Source of the DNA: Epithemia pelagica
Taxonomy: Eukaryota; Protista; Bacillariophyta
Reading direction: 5' to 3'
NCBI GenBank assembly: GCA_946965045.2
Contig: OX337236.1
Span: 124,001 to 188,000, forward strand
DNA: 64,000 nt
The notes below the pieces were generated by a model, which did not search any database, had not been told where the DNA came from, and saw only the letters and a program-made list of their open reading frames with translations. Within the stretch, counting starts at the first letter, position 1. Each line of letters opens with the position of its first letter. The position numbers were made by a program, and so were the translations under genes. Below, in pieces: positions 10,893-21,999 of the stretch.

Positions 10893-12091
10893 CCCCCCCC
10901 CCCCCCCCCCCCCTGGAGTGGTGAAGAGGCCACTAAGGCTGGCCAATTCGCACCAAACCGCAAGCGTAAATAAGCCAAGAAACTCCGCACCAAGGAGCGA
11001 CGCCACCAAAGCAAAGCCAACAAGCGGAAGCCTGAAAGCGCCGAATCTGTGATCCAAGGGTAGATGCCCCGAATCCGCCCATCCCAAATCCAAAAAGGGG
11101 CCAGGGCGTCGTCTGCCTTAACCGCAATATCCGCAATCTTGGAATCGTCGAGCCACGCGTCATGAGGGAGAAAGGCGGGCAAGAAGGAAAAGGTGGTACC
11201 CAGGACGCCATCTTGGACAGTTTCCGAAAGAGGGGTCAACCAACGGCCGCGTTTGCAGGGACGAAACGGGGATGAGGGTCCACCATGTTTGTTGCCGGCG
11301 GTACTAGTGTGGTGAATCAGAACAGGGTCCAAGTGTGGTAAAGCGGAATTCAACACTAAAGCTGGGATCTTGATGGGAGTAACTCGCGGATGAATCATGT
11401 GGGAGCACCACCAACGAAAAGCAATCGTATCATCGATGACCCAAAGCGGCAAATCGAACGCCGTTCCAATTTCTTCATCAGTAAGCGGACGACAACCCCA
11501 ACCCGTCTTTGAAAAGTGCGTGGACAACGTGGACAACCGAATAGACTTGAAAAGAGCACGGGTGTGCAACTGATCGTCACAGGAGTAATAAGGATCAGGT
11601 AGAGTGGGCGCCCCACACGGGGAAGGACGGATTGAATGCGAGATGATCGAACCCAGCGTGCGCCGCGTGGTGACATGGAAAAACAACGGAGGTATACCAC
11701 GACGCCCAACGTGGACACGAGCGGTCGTGACACCACCACATTGACGATGGGTGACCGACAACCATTGGACTTGAGGAAGGGTGGGGCGACTCCATCCCGA
11801 AGGAAGCAACAATGAAACAGGCCAACTCGGAGGGACGAAAAGCAAGGAAGACGCGAGGTAATCAGGATCGCCTTCCAACAGTACAACCGAAATGATCCCT
11901 CGTCCCAGAACAACATCGATGCTTGGGACTAAGTGGAGCTTATCCCCAAAATGAAGCAAAACGGCACGCCAAAAGGGGTTCTCTCGTCGTGCTTCATACT
12001 CAGCAGCCAACATGTAAATGCCGTGCCAGTCCCCGAGACTGAGACCAAGTCCCCACGAAAGGGATGTTTGACCAAGGATAAGACACGACAA
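10893..12091 (-). CDS. YR-element ORF2 N-terminal region (degenerate C5-methyltransferase-like), separated from the RT frame by a G21 tract
   Basis: Open frame; SVTHRQCGGVTTARVHVGRR and CRPLTDEEIGTAFDLP motifs; reads into RT if the G tract is 20 or 23 nt. Confidence 0.55.
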
Positions 12092-12307
12092 GTCACTTCG
12101 GAAGACCCGTGATCCGCGATCAGTAGGACGATGCCTGGAGCGTTTGACCGAAACGACAATGCTAGGCGGTGGTGAGGCTGGACGTTTGGCGCCAACACCA
12201 CCAGGAGAGCCAGGTCCCAGACTGCTTAAAGATGATGCAATACTACCAGCGTCTAAACCAGAGTCAACATACGAAACGTTTTCATCTAGTTTAGGCGCGG
12301 CACACCG

Positions 12308-14558
12308 TCACTTCTTGTCACCGTTGGTAGATCCTCCACGACGCTGGGCTTGTTTCTTCAATTCGGTCACATCCTTTTTGACACTGTCCACAGTGCTGCT
12401 GGCCGTGTCGGAAGCTTTCTTGGCCGAGGTAACATCTTTGACCAACTGAGCAGAGGTACGCTTCAAGGATTCCACTTGATCTTCTAGCGTCTTGAGGGAC
12501 TCGAAGCCCGAGTTGGTGGAAAGGAAGCGAATGTATTCGCTTGAAACGGACGGATGGTTCTTGAAACGAGCTTTGACGTAATCGCTCATAACATCGTGGG
12601 TACGAAGAACGCCGTAAAGGATCCATGCGCACTGGCCAGCACTATCAGTGGTCAAAAGAGACGAGTAGACTTGAGCCCTAACCTTGTATAAGTCCATGAA
12701 GAAGCGCCTGACCACTTGGATACCAACTGAAGGCCTTGCGGGTAGTAAACTTCGACTTGATAGTGAGTTCATTCATGGTTTCATCAAAATAGGTTACCAA
12801 TTCACGGCAACAACCCACCGAAACAGATAGCATAGATAAGGCTAAGGAATGGGCTTCAGGTTCATTGGCCATCGTTGTGGCAATTTGTTCTCCGAACATA
12901 GAATTCATGTTGCCTAGACGATTCAGGATTCGGTCACGAACTCCCGTCTCGGGCGACTCCCAATCCGAGTACTCTTTCATCGCAGTGAGAAACGAAGGGT
13001 CCCGCCCGGTGCCAGGGAAATCTTTGTACAAGAGCTGGGGAAATTCATTCTTCATCGCATAAATCGCTCGAGCTTCATTTGTTGTCGCGATCTGCATCTT
13101 GTGTCGTTTTTCCATGGTAGTCAGCATGGATAAAACATCCCCATTCTCCTGCGGGGCACACCATTCAAGCACCAAGTTGAGATCAAACAAAAGACTGTAC
13201 GCTCTTGACCCAAACTTGAGGGCCACCCAGGCTTTGCAGTCATCAACCGTTGCTACGCCGAGATTTCCGAACTTGATGGTGGAAGTGTCGACCTTGCCCT
13301 TGAGACGTTGCATTTCCAAATTGGCATCTCCCAAGAGGGTCCTCAAATTCGCGATTTCCCCTTCAAGAGCAGTGACTTTGTTTTGAAGGGCTGGTGATCC
13401 TGTGTTGGATGTCGTCTGTGTTGCACCGAACATCTGCGGGGAGGTTCCCAGTTGGCTAAGAAAAATTTCATGGGACGACATCTTGTTTTCAATGGTCAAG
13501 ATACGGTTGGTGAGCGTCGTGTTGGATTCAAGGGCCGACAAGCGATCGAGGATTCCTTTGAAGCCTTGCACGAATTGGTTTCGAAGCTTGTCTACCGAGT
13601 TACGAGTCTCAACTTGGGTCGAGGACAACTTCGAAGAGACTTGGCCTTGGATGGTTGAGAAGAAAGTAGCAATAGAGGACTCAACCGCGGCAAGGCGACT
13701 ATCCACAGCACGTTGGTGAGATTCAGTCGTCGAGGGAGAGGATTCTTGAATGGAACGAATCATCGAAGAGATGATTCCCCAGAGGGTCGGGGCTTGGTAC
13801 TCGTCCGGCAAGTCCTCTCGAGGTCCAATTTCCATGGACAGTTTATCAAATTTGATTCCTAGAGCTTCAACGGCTGTGCTGTTTTGACGCGAAATGGCTT
13901 GTTGTTCCAAGGACAAAGTCTGGATCACTTCTCCTGCTTCCATCACCGAGTCTTCGATTTCGCGAAGAGTTATTGGAACCAAGGAGGAGTCAACAGTAAT
14001 CTTCCGAATCACATCCTTCAGATCCCCGTCCAAAATCTTGTGGTGAGGAGAGAAATTCTCAACGACGAAGGAGGTGGAGGTAGAGGTAGCTTTCTTGAGT
14101 GTAAACGGGGTACGGAGGGAGTCAGCCTTGGAGATTTTATGCTCCGTTTCCTTCAGACTGGCATCCAGGTGACCTTCTTTCTTAACTTGATTAAGACGTT
14201 TCATAGCAACGAATTTCTTCGTCCATTCTTCCATAGTGTGTTTTTCATGCTGGACTTGGTCCAGTGTCTCCTGAGAGATCTCACTCAACGAGATAACCGG
14301 AGTGCAAAAGGCAGAGGCAGGGTTCTTGGTAATGAACAATCCTCCTGAGGGTCCCAAGTCGACGGGAGCTAGACCAGTTCCATGGTCCCCGGCTTTAGCG
14401 CACTTGGGGTCGATGCAAAAGGTTGCTCCGCCGCGCTTGAGACCCAAACACAACAACTTGTCTGCACATTCGCTTGCGCGAAGTGCCACGACACCAAACT
14501 TACTACCACCGGTAGAGCGTCCAAGGACAGTAGGGTCCATGGTGCTCTCGGGAAACAA
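12308..14558 (-). CDS. YR-element ORF1 (gag-like, coiled coil), frameshifted near 12720; may start at 14779 upstream of a G24 tract
   Basis: 626-aa and 154-aa ORFs overlapping as ...TTRKAF / QVVRRFFMDLYKVR; N-terminal CLG..GATFCIDPKC..H finger. Confidence 0.7.
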
Positions 14559-15297
14559 TGCGGTTTCCGTGCCTTTGAACCATCATCTCATCCGTGGGAG
14601 GGTCAGCAGCAAAGGAGATTTGACCGCGATCCCCCCCCCCCCCCCCCCCCCCCCAGAGCCGCCGTAGAAGGACGGGCGGCCCCAGCCGCAGGGGTGTTAG
14701 CCACGGAGGCCGAAGCGACGAGCGCAGAGAGGAGCGTATCAGCATCCTGTGCAGGAGGAGGAGGAGGAGGAACCGACATGGTAGAAGGAGTAAGTAAGAG
14801 AGCGAAGTGAGCAGAGAAAGTTGGAGTTTCAACTCTTTAGAAATCAAGAACGGCGCCAAAGGGGATCAGACCTTCGCCAACGAACCGTAGAAAACCCAAA
14901 GAGTGAGCTCTCCGTGTCCCTCTTGTTTTGTTTGCTGCGTCTTTGCTTGTTTGTCATGGATCGCATGTCGCGCTCCATTAGGGATCCATTGTTGGCGCAT
15001 TGTTGTTTGATTCAAGAGTGCCCATGCCTCTTGAATCGGACGATCCTCTATTTGGAGGCAGTCCACTTTGAGATATGGAATGGAAGAGGCTTTGTCGCAG
15101 TAGATGGGATGCACATGTTCTTTTTGGAACTTCCTCTTCCGAGTTGCACGCCCGTTCTGCCTCATTCTTTGTGTGACAGCGAGGCCGGCTCTTCTTTTGG
15201 GTGGACCGCCCGACTTGCACTCCAACGCCAATGCTCAGACTTCATGACGTGGCCTGACCATGTTCCTTGGTCCCATCTTGACTTGGGTGTACATTGA

Positions 15298-15387
15298 GGG
15301 TCACAGGATGGAGTCCCTGTGGAAAAGCAAATTTGTAGTGAGTGTGTAGAGTTTGGTAGCGACTGATGTTTTAAAGCTTAAGAGTAA
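15298..15387. repeat. 90-bp inverted repeat pairing with 19919-20008
   Basis: Reverse-complement match with about 5 substitutions. Confidence 0.85.
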
Positions 15388-15460
15388 GCCAGTAGAGCAT
15401 GAGGTATCGCAGATTCGGCGCCAACCTACCACATTAAGGGGGCCACATCGGTAACCAATT

Positions 15461-15556
15461 AGCGCGAGTCCCTTCTAGGAGGGGCGGAGATTTCCTGGGG
15501 CAGTGTCTAGCGCGAGTCCCTTCTAGGAGGGGCGGAGATTTCCTGGGGCAGTGTCC
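15461..15556 (+). repeat. Tandem duplication of a ~47-bp unit inside the MITE
   Basis: AGCGCGAGTCCCTTCTAGGAGGGGCGGAGATTTCCTGGGGCAGTGTC twice. Confidence 0.9.
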
Positions 15557-15576
15557 ACCAATGTGGCCCCCCAGTT

Positions 15577-15745
15577 TTATCTTTTGAAAAGGGGAAGGCT
15601 TATAGGGATAAGCGGCTATTGGTCGAGTGGTCGGGCTTATCCCTATAACCCTTCCCCTTTTCACTCAATCCAAAATCACTTCTAGAAAGTTGTACTAGCC
15701 AAGCGTAGCTAGCGGACAACGGTGGAGCAGCAATCATGTTCAGAT
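15577..15745 (+). repeat. Direct repeat with 20014-20157; the first copy carries an extra inverted segment
   Basis: TTATCTTTTGAAA...GTCGAGTGGTCGGGCTTATCCC...CATGTTCAGAT shared. Confidence 0.8.
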
Positions 15746-15895
15746 AAACTCGACCAATAGCGGCTATTGGTCGAGTGGTCGGGCTTATCCCTATAACCCT
15801 TCCCTCGACCAATAGCGCTAATTGGTTACCGATGTGGCCCCCTTAATGTGGTAGGTTGGCGCCGAATCTGCGATACCTCATGCTCTACTGGCTTA

Positions 15896-16049
15896 CCAAG
15901 AAACAACCTCGTTGCTGGATGAAATATCGTCCAAAACAAAGAAGTGTCTACTTTATCTACCAACAACAGAAGCGACTGGCGAGGGGCTACGGCTCGCCGA
16001 CAGATAGCTAGATCGCCCAAATTCCGCCCACTACCGCGACCATTTCTCG
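15896..16049 (+). repeat. ~154-bp direct repeat, second copy 19764-19918
   Basis: CCAAGAAAC..CCTCGTTGCTGG...GACCATTTCTCG in both places. Confidence 0.85.
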
Positions 16050-19000
16050 GTCCCCTCGCGATTCCATCGTCCACTGACGAGGTGATCGTGCCTCTAGTTC
16101 TCCTTCTTAAGCACCAAATAAACCACCTTTGTCATCGCATCGTGATCAAACAACTCACAAAGTACATGGGGAAGTATGCAATGCATAGCCAGAGCCAACA
16201 ATCAAATACATGGGTCGAGTCCAAATGGATCTTGTTCAGGCAATTGCATGAGAACAACCAAACCATGACTCTGACCCTCGTGCTCTCCCATATCCGATCA
16301 CAAATTTCATACTCCTGGTAGTGGCACTCAAGCCAATCTCATATTCCTGGTGGTTCCGCTCATTACGTACATCCACCAGTCAAACTTTATTCTCTTTGGT
16401 GGTTCCGTTCCACACGTACATCCACCAACACAACACTGTATCTGACTTTGTGGTTCAACCAATCCAACGGTCTTATCCACAATATGCATCTCTCCTGATG
16501 GAAAACAACATAGAAAAACCATCTCAATCTCTCTGTGGTTCGGCAAGACCATTTTGCTGCTTACTCCACAGTTCCATTCATCACTCGACCCCATTTTGGA
16601 GCCAAATTCATTCAACAGATCCAGAAATAGGGGCTCAAAGAACCATTTTAGCTCTCAGGTTGAATACTGTCGTGTCCATGGAAACCAGGGCCTTCAGCCT
16701 TTAATTCCTTCGAGACACCTTTTAGCTTCATTTTGTCCTGCTGAAATCTCAGAAACGGACCATCATTTTTCAAACATGGCATTCTTACGGACGCCAACAC
16801 GTACAATTTCTCGTCCACAAGTGAAACAATGACCATTTCAGCTGTCAAATCAAGACAAAAGTCAGAAATTGGCATTCTTCTCCCAAAATTGGATTCTAGC
16901 ACTCAGCCTTCTTTCCTTGCGTCACGGGAAAACTCGAGAAAGGGTGTTTTTGTGATCATTGGTGCATTTCACAAAAGGCCACTCCGACATTGATGACAAA
17001 TAAAAATCTCAGAAAGAAAGAAGACAATCCATTAGCAACGAAACATCAGGTCAAAGGCACAAGACCATAAAAATCAATGTCATTCGTTCACTGTCTTGTT
17101 TCATATATTCCATTCAGGCCACTTCTCCCTCTTTTCAACATGACCATGGCAATTCTTACCCACTCAGATCATCCTCTGACTGAAATAGGGAGTTTCCAGG
17201 TCACCAATTGAACCAGTCTTGGGCCAAGCCACAGCAGCAAAGCCGACACCTCTGGGGCCTCATGGCAAAACGTCTTTAGCGGTCATCTTCCACTTAGCTT
17301 CAACTCGCCACAACACAATAAAATCTCAAGTTATGACTGGCTCAAGAAGTACAAAGCTGGTCCCAGCAAATTTGCATTGATATTAGGGTCACCACCGACC
17401 ATCACCAGTTTGCTACTTGCCATTTTTAGATTCACACCATAGTCTGCCAACGCAATCGAGCAACAACTGGCCTTCATCTGAACAAAAATTCCATCGGTCC
17501 ACACTCATTGATCCTTGTCTTCTCGTCCCCGTCCCCATCATAGAGGACGATACTTAGCCGCCTTATGAAGGACAATCTTCTTGTGCACAATCTCCGGAGC
17601 ACTCATCGGAGCATATCATGAGTTGTGGCCTTCTAGCTTCCATCTTATTCCATTCCATTCTTGCCTATCCAAAGTCCATCGGATTTGCTTTTCAAATAGA
17701 AGCCTTGTAAAGTCATAGCATTCTAGTCGTCGCATGACTTGGGCAAAACATCATGCGAGCAATGACCTTGGACCTTAGCAATGATGACAAGGAACAAAGT
17801 CCTCAAAACATTCTTGGCCATGACAAACATTCCATGGCACCATCATCTGTCGAGCACTCACGACAATGGCCAGCACTTCAAAGGACTCAAGCAAAACCAT
17901 ACGCACCAATTGGAACACAAAATCAGTGTTCGTGCGAACAAGTTAAAACCCATAGGGGCGAATCTGTCAACCATAGACAGAGTTCCACAAGACAAACTCG
18001 AGTGACTTATGTAATCAAAGGGGAGTCATTTGACTTTGCCAACGCAGTGGGAAACCAATGACTGGTTACATGAAGCAATGTCGGCATGACAGACATACCA
18101 ACAACCACACACCACGAGAAGGCAAATGCATAAAACACATCATCAGTCCCCTTTCAAATGTGGGTCCTCCACGACATCTCGGCCAACAAGACACAGTTCT
18201 TCATGCGACAAGGACTAAATGGCTACCGGATTGAGGCACTGCATCAATCAACAACCTTGTAACTGCTAATTTCCTGCCGAATATCCACGTCATGGATTCC
18301 AAGGCAATGTCATTGGGTCATGGTCTAGGGGGCTTGACGACGAGTCCCCTCTCAATGATGGGTGCTCTGTGCCGCGTCAACGTAAACAGCAACAAGACAG
18401 AACGCGGCCCAGTCAACAACAAAATTCTTCATCAAGCATTGTCCACTACACAGTCCTTTCCTGCTTTTCCACAGCACAACAAGGATTGTCACAAATTGTA
18501 TTCTTTAGCATACAATGGTTGTGGGCAGTAACTCCCACGGTCTCCACCAATCTTATGCCCAAATCATTGACAGCCGGACCAACCAATGGACAAAATAAAG
18601 GATAATGGCATCCGGACTCAAGTCACCGACACATCATAGCCATCATTCTTAATCAAGACAAAAACAGAGCCAACGAAAGGGTTACACTCTTATTTCACCC
18701 TGCTCCTCAATTAACGACAAGGGTTCATCCAAATAACTTTCATAAAATATGAAAATCACATCACCATCGTTTCCTTGATGGTAGTTGTCCTCAGTCACGG
18801 ACACACAAAAACGGTGAAATCGACACCACAAAAATGACAGATCAACTCATGATCTCATAGTACTCATGCCAACTGCTAGACAAGCAGAGGCTTGACTTCA
18901 ATACTCGTTGCCTGTCCATTTCTTTGGCGGTGTATAATACATATCACCAATCCAAACACAGAGCAACCAAATCTCACAGGATTGTCATCATAGGCAACAA

Positions 19001-19763
19001 CAGCCCAGAACACTGCATGATCTCATGATTCAACAATCAATCGTAGTATTTTGAAAATTCATTTCAAGAACAATGCGCTCTCTGCTTGAAGCGCACAACC
19101 AATCATGGAGTAAATCATCCATGCTCAACCCACAAAAGGGGTTCATTTATAAAAGGAGACATAGAGTCCCCTGTCCCCTGTCTTCGACAGGCATTTTCTC
19201 ACCGTCCAACTTTGCACCTCATCATTGGTGCCTCCATTGCGCTTCACTGCACTTTCATAGTGTGCGACTTCCTTTGTCAGCACCAAGCTTTCTTTGTCAC
19301 TTCTCATATGGGTGCGTCTTCCTTTGTCAGCACCAAACTTTTCCTTTTGTGACTTCTTCTCCCTTACGGAACCAAACCATCGTCTCATTCATCGTGACTT
19401 TCCGGTGTTCCATTCATTCAGCGATTGAGCATGCACAGCTGCATTATCGTTCCGCGTCACATAAGTGATATTTTATTATCGCTGGTCCGCATGGCAGGCT
19501 TCTCCTTTCAACGGCAAGGATCGACGCGTCCGTCATTGCCCAGGGTGTGCGCATAGCAGACCACACCCCTCCACTAGTCCGGTCTGGCTCCGTTGCAAGT
19601 CAGATATTCAACGAGACTAGTGGTACAACATTCTTAGTTGACCATGGGCGGATCATATGGACCTTCTTAGTCCGATCCAGATATTTTCACTACCTTCCCA
19701 GGCCATTGTGCAATCATAGCTCATCTTCCTTTTCGTCTCAGCTCAGAGTCTTGGGTCTGATAA
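16050..19763 (-). pseudogene. Heavily decayed transposon relic (family uncertain; faint SWIM-like remnant near 18090-18110 could indicate MULE)
   Basis: No long ORF, visibly CpG-poor and CA/TG-rich relative to neighbouring genes; C-G-C-W..L-S-C-R-H fragments across frames. Confidence 0.3.
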
Positions 19764-20946
19764 ACCAAGAAACGACCTCGTTGCTGGATGAAATATCGTC
19801 CAAAACAAAGAAGTGTCTACTTTATCTACCAACAACAGAAGCGACTGGCGAGGGGCTACGGCTCGCCGACAGATAGCTAGATCGCCCAAATTCCGCCCAC
19901 TACCGCGACCATTTCTCGTTACTCTTAGGCTTTACAACGTCAGTCGCTACCAAACTCTACACACTCGCTACAAATTTGCTTTTCCACAGGGACTCGATCC
20001 TGTGACCCCAGTGTTATCTTTTGAAAGCTATTTGTCGAGTGGTCGGGCTTATCCCTATAACCCTTCCCCTTTTCACTCAATCCAAAATCACTTGTAGAAA
20101 GTTGTACTAGCCAAGCGTAGCTAGCGGACAACGGCGGAGCAGCAATCATGTTCAGATCAAATTGGATTTTCGGCCATGATTGGAATGCTCTGCATGTGGC
20201 TGTTTCCACAGACTCTCAACCTGTACCACAATTGAGGGTCTCCTGTTCCGGTGAAGGAGCCGATGCGGAGCGATGCAACGTGTCATAGACCCAAGAGTTT
20301 GGAAACCACACAAGATGTGCTCGATCGACACGACTGGCGCGCGATCATGCCAATGCGTGACGTGCGCGAATGCGGATGCGTGCGCGCTGTCACCACGTTT
20401 TGCACCTCTCGAACCATGGAGAGGACGAGAGAGGACCTCTCATGTTCATATCATCTTTTCTCATTTACAACTCTGAAGACGCGTTGTGTTGATCTCCTAT
20501 CATCAGAAGCATCCTAGCTGCAGTGAACTGTAAAATGTCTGGTTGCGAACGGGAGGCATCAAAATTTGAGGCCCATGCCTCGCACGATGAACAATGAGTT
20601 ACGCACGTTTGACATCATCCGGAAGCGCTATGTAGATCTTTCGTGAGGCGCCGAACGAACTTTTTGTGGATCCGTGAGACGAGGACTCGTTTATTCGACA
20701 CCCTTCCTTTCCATTGGAACTTGAACCAAGACCATCGCTTCCGTTTGCCAGACGTAGTCGAAAGGAAACTAAACAAAGCATCCACAATGATCTTCGATGC
20801 ATCAGTCCATACAAAGTGCTAAATATCGCCGTTCTACACTTGTTCCCAAAGTTCCTGGCCAACGAGGAGGACGCCACGTTTGTGTTGCCACTCGACACGT
20901 TGTACTTCTTCTTCTTCTTGTTGGAACAAGTCGTCTCGCCGCCGCC

Positions 20947-21546
20947 ATGCAAACACGGGTGATTCATCGTTTGAGTAATGGGCACATTCACCAACTGTGG
21001 TCCTTGTATCAACGAGAATGGTGGACCAAACAACGCACATTGGAAAAAACCCAGGCCCTTGTGGTCGGATCACAAGTAACGATTGGAATTGTTGCGGTTC
21101 CATCCTCCTCTACTACTAGTACCAGTCCAAATGGTGTACCGGCGGTTACTCCGGATACAACGACAATTGCAAGGAAAGACGTGTTCCACACTCGTACTGC
21201 TCCCCAAATAGCTGCGATTGCCCCTGAGGACCTGCCAAACGAGATTCACGAGGTCAACATGGACCAAGACGGCCAACTGATTGGCTTTGTCCGTGTCTTG
21301 ACAGATTTCACAATCAAAGCCTTTGTTTTTGATGTGATTGTGGATTCCGACTATCGAGGACTGGGATTGGGAAAGCAACTCATGACACTGGTCTTGGAAC
21401 ATGACCGATTGGCACAGGTCCAACAGTTTGAATTGTATTGCTTGGAGGAAATGGCACCCTTTTACGAATCCCAATTTGGTTTTTCCAGCAGCGCCGTCAA
21501 CAGCCTGGTCCTCATGCGCAGGACACAAACCAAAAGTACCTGCTAG
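20947..21546 (+). CDS. GNAT-family N-acetyltransferase
   Basis: LIGFVRVLTD, FDVIVDSDYRGLGLGKQLM (acetyl-CoA motif A), ELYC..MAPFYE..GF. Confidence 0.85.
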   Translation: MQTRVIHRLSNGHIHQLWSLYQREWWTKQRTLEKTQALVVGSQVTIGIVAVPSSSTTSTSPNGVPAVTPDTTTIARKDVFHTRTAPQIAAIAPEDLPNEIHEVNMDQDGQLIGFVRVLTDFTIKAFVFDVIVDSDYRGLGLGKQLMTLVLEHDRLAQVQQFELYCLEEMAPFYESQFGFSSSAVNSLVLMRRTQTKSTC

Positions 21547-21801
21547 ACGAAACGACTCTTGTGTACAAAATCCAACGCTTGGAAAAAGCCTGGGAAGGGA
21601 AATCTTCGACATGCCTATTGGTTTGTTATATTAAAGGCAGCAGAAGTGAATCCGATCCATGGTTTTATTCGTACTGTCATTATGACTTTTTTCTGAAAGA
21701 GGTGCTGGCGTTCTGTGGTCGAAATACAACTCGAGAGAAGTACTTGGTGTGTGATGGTCGTTTTTTTTCTCGAAGACGTGTCGCGTTTTTCAGTTTTTCC
21801 T

Positions 21802-21999
21802 CTAGATGCGATCGGGTAAGGGTGACGGTGACGGAGCCTTGGTAGATTTGGGAGCCTTGGTGGACTTGGGCGCCGGGGTGGATCCATCATCGCCAGAGTC
21901 AGCTTTGGTTTTGCGGGGTGGGTGAACCACTGCCGATACCGTCATGGAGCTACTGACAATCAGGATGAATGCAACGAGTACGGAGCGAGGGAGGATCAT
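21802..21999 (-). CDS. Small putative secreted peptide with KSTKAP repeats
   Basis: Signal-like MILPRSVLVAFILIVSSSMTVSA followed by PKSTKAPKSTKAPSPSP; only 65 aa. Confidence 0.4.
   Translation of the reverse strand: MILPRSVLVAFILIVSSSMTVSAVVHPPRKTKADSGDDGSTPAPKSTKAPKSTKAPSPSPLPDRI

Larger units (their letters stand above)
6573..15157 (-). mobile_element. Tyrosine-recombinase retrotransposon (DIRS order, Ngaro-like): A - ORF1 - ORF2/RT/RNase H - YR - B
   Basis: DIRS-type RT, RNase H and YR motifs; termini are different repeats A and B whose second copies are adjacent (A-spacer-B) at 8-768; no TSD. Confidence 0.88.
15387..15893. mobile_element. MITE-like element with 79-bp perfect terminal inverted repeats and TA flanks
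   Basis: 15387-15465 is the exact reverse complement of 15815-15893; TA at 15385-15386 and 15894-15895; non-coding interior. Confidence 0.7.

Noticed and set aside
15298-20008. Intact MULE bounded by the 90-bp inverted repeats
   Set aside because: No 9-10 bp TSD, and the repeats are far younger than the decayed interior
19983-20010. tRNA-like T-arm GGGGTCACAGGATCGAGTCCCTGTGG (also near 15298)
   Set aside because: No D-arm, anticodon arm or acceptor stem; TTC is not intact
20281-20560. Possible solo LTR followed by TGGTTGCG PBS
   Set aside because: No CA end before the TGG, no TSD, no second copy or gag
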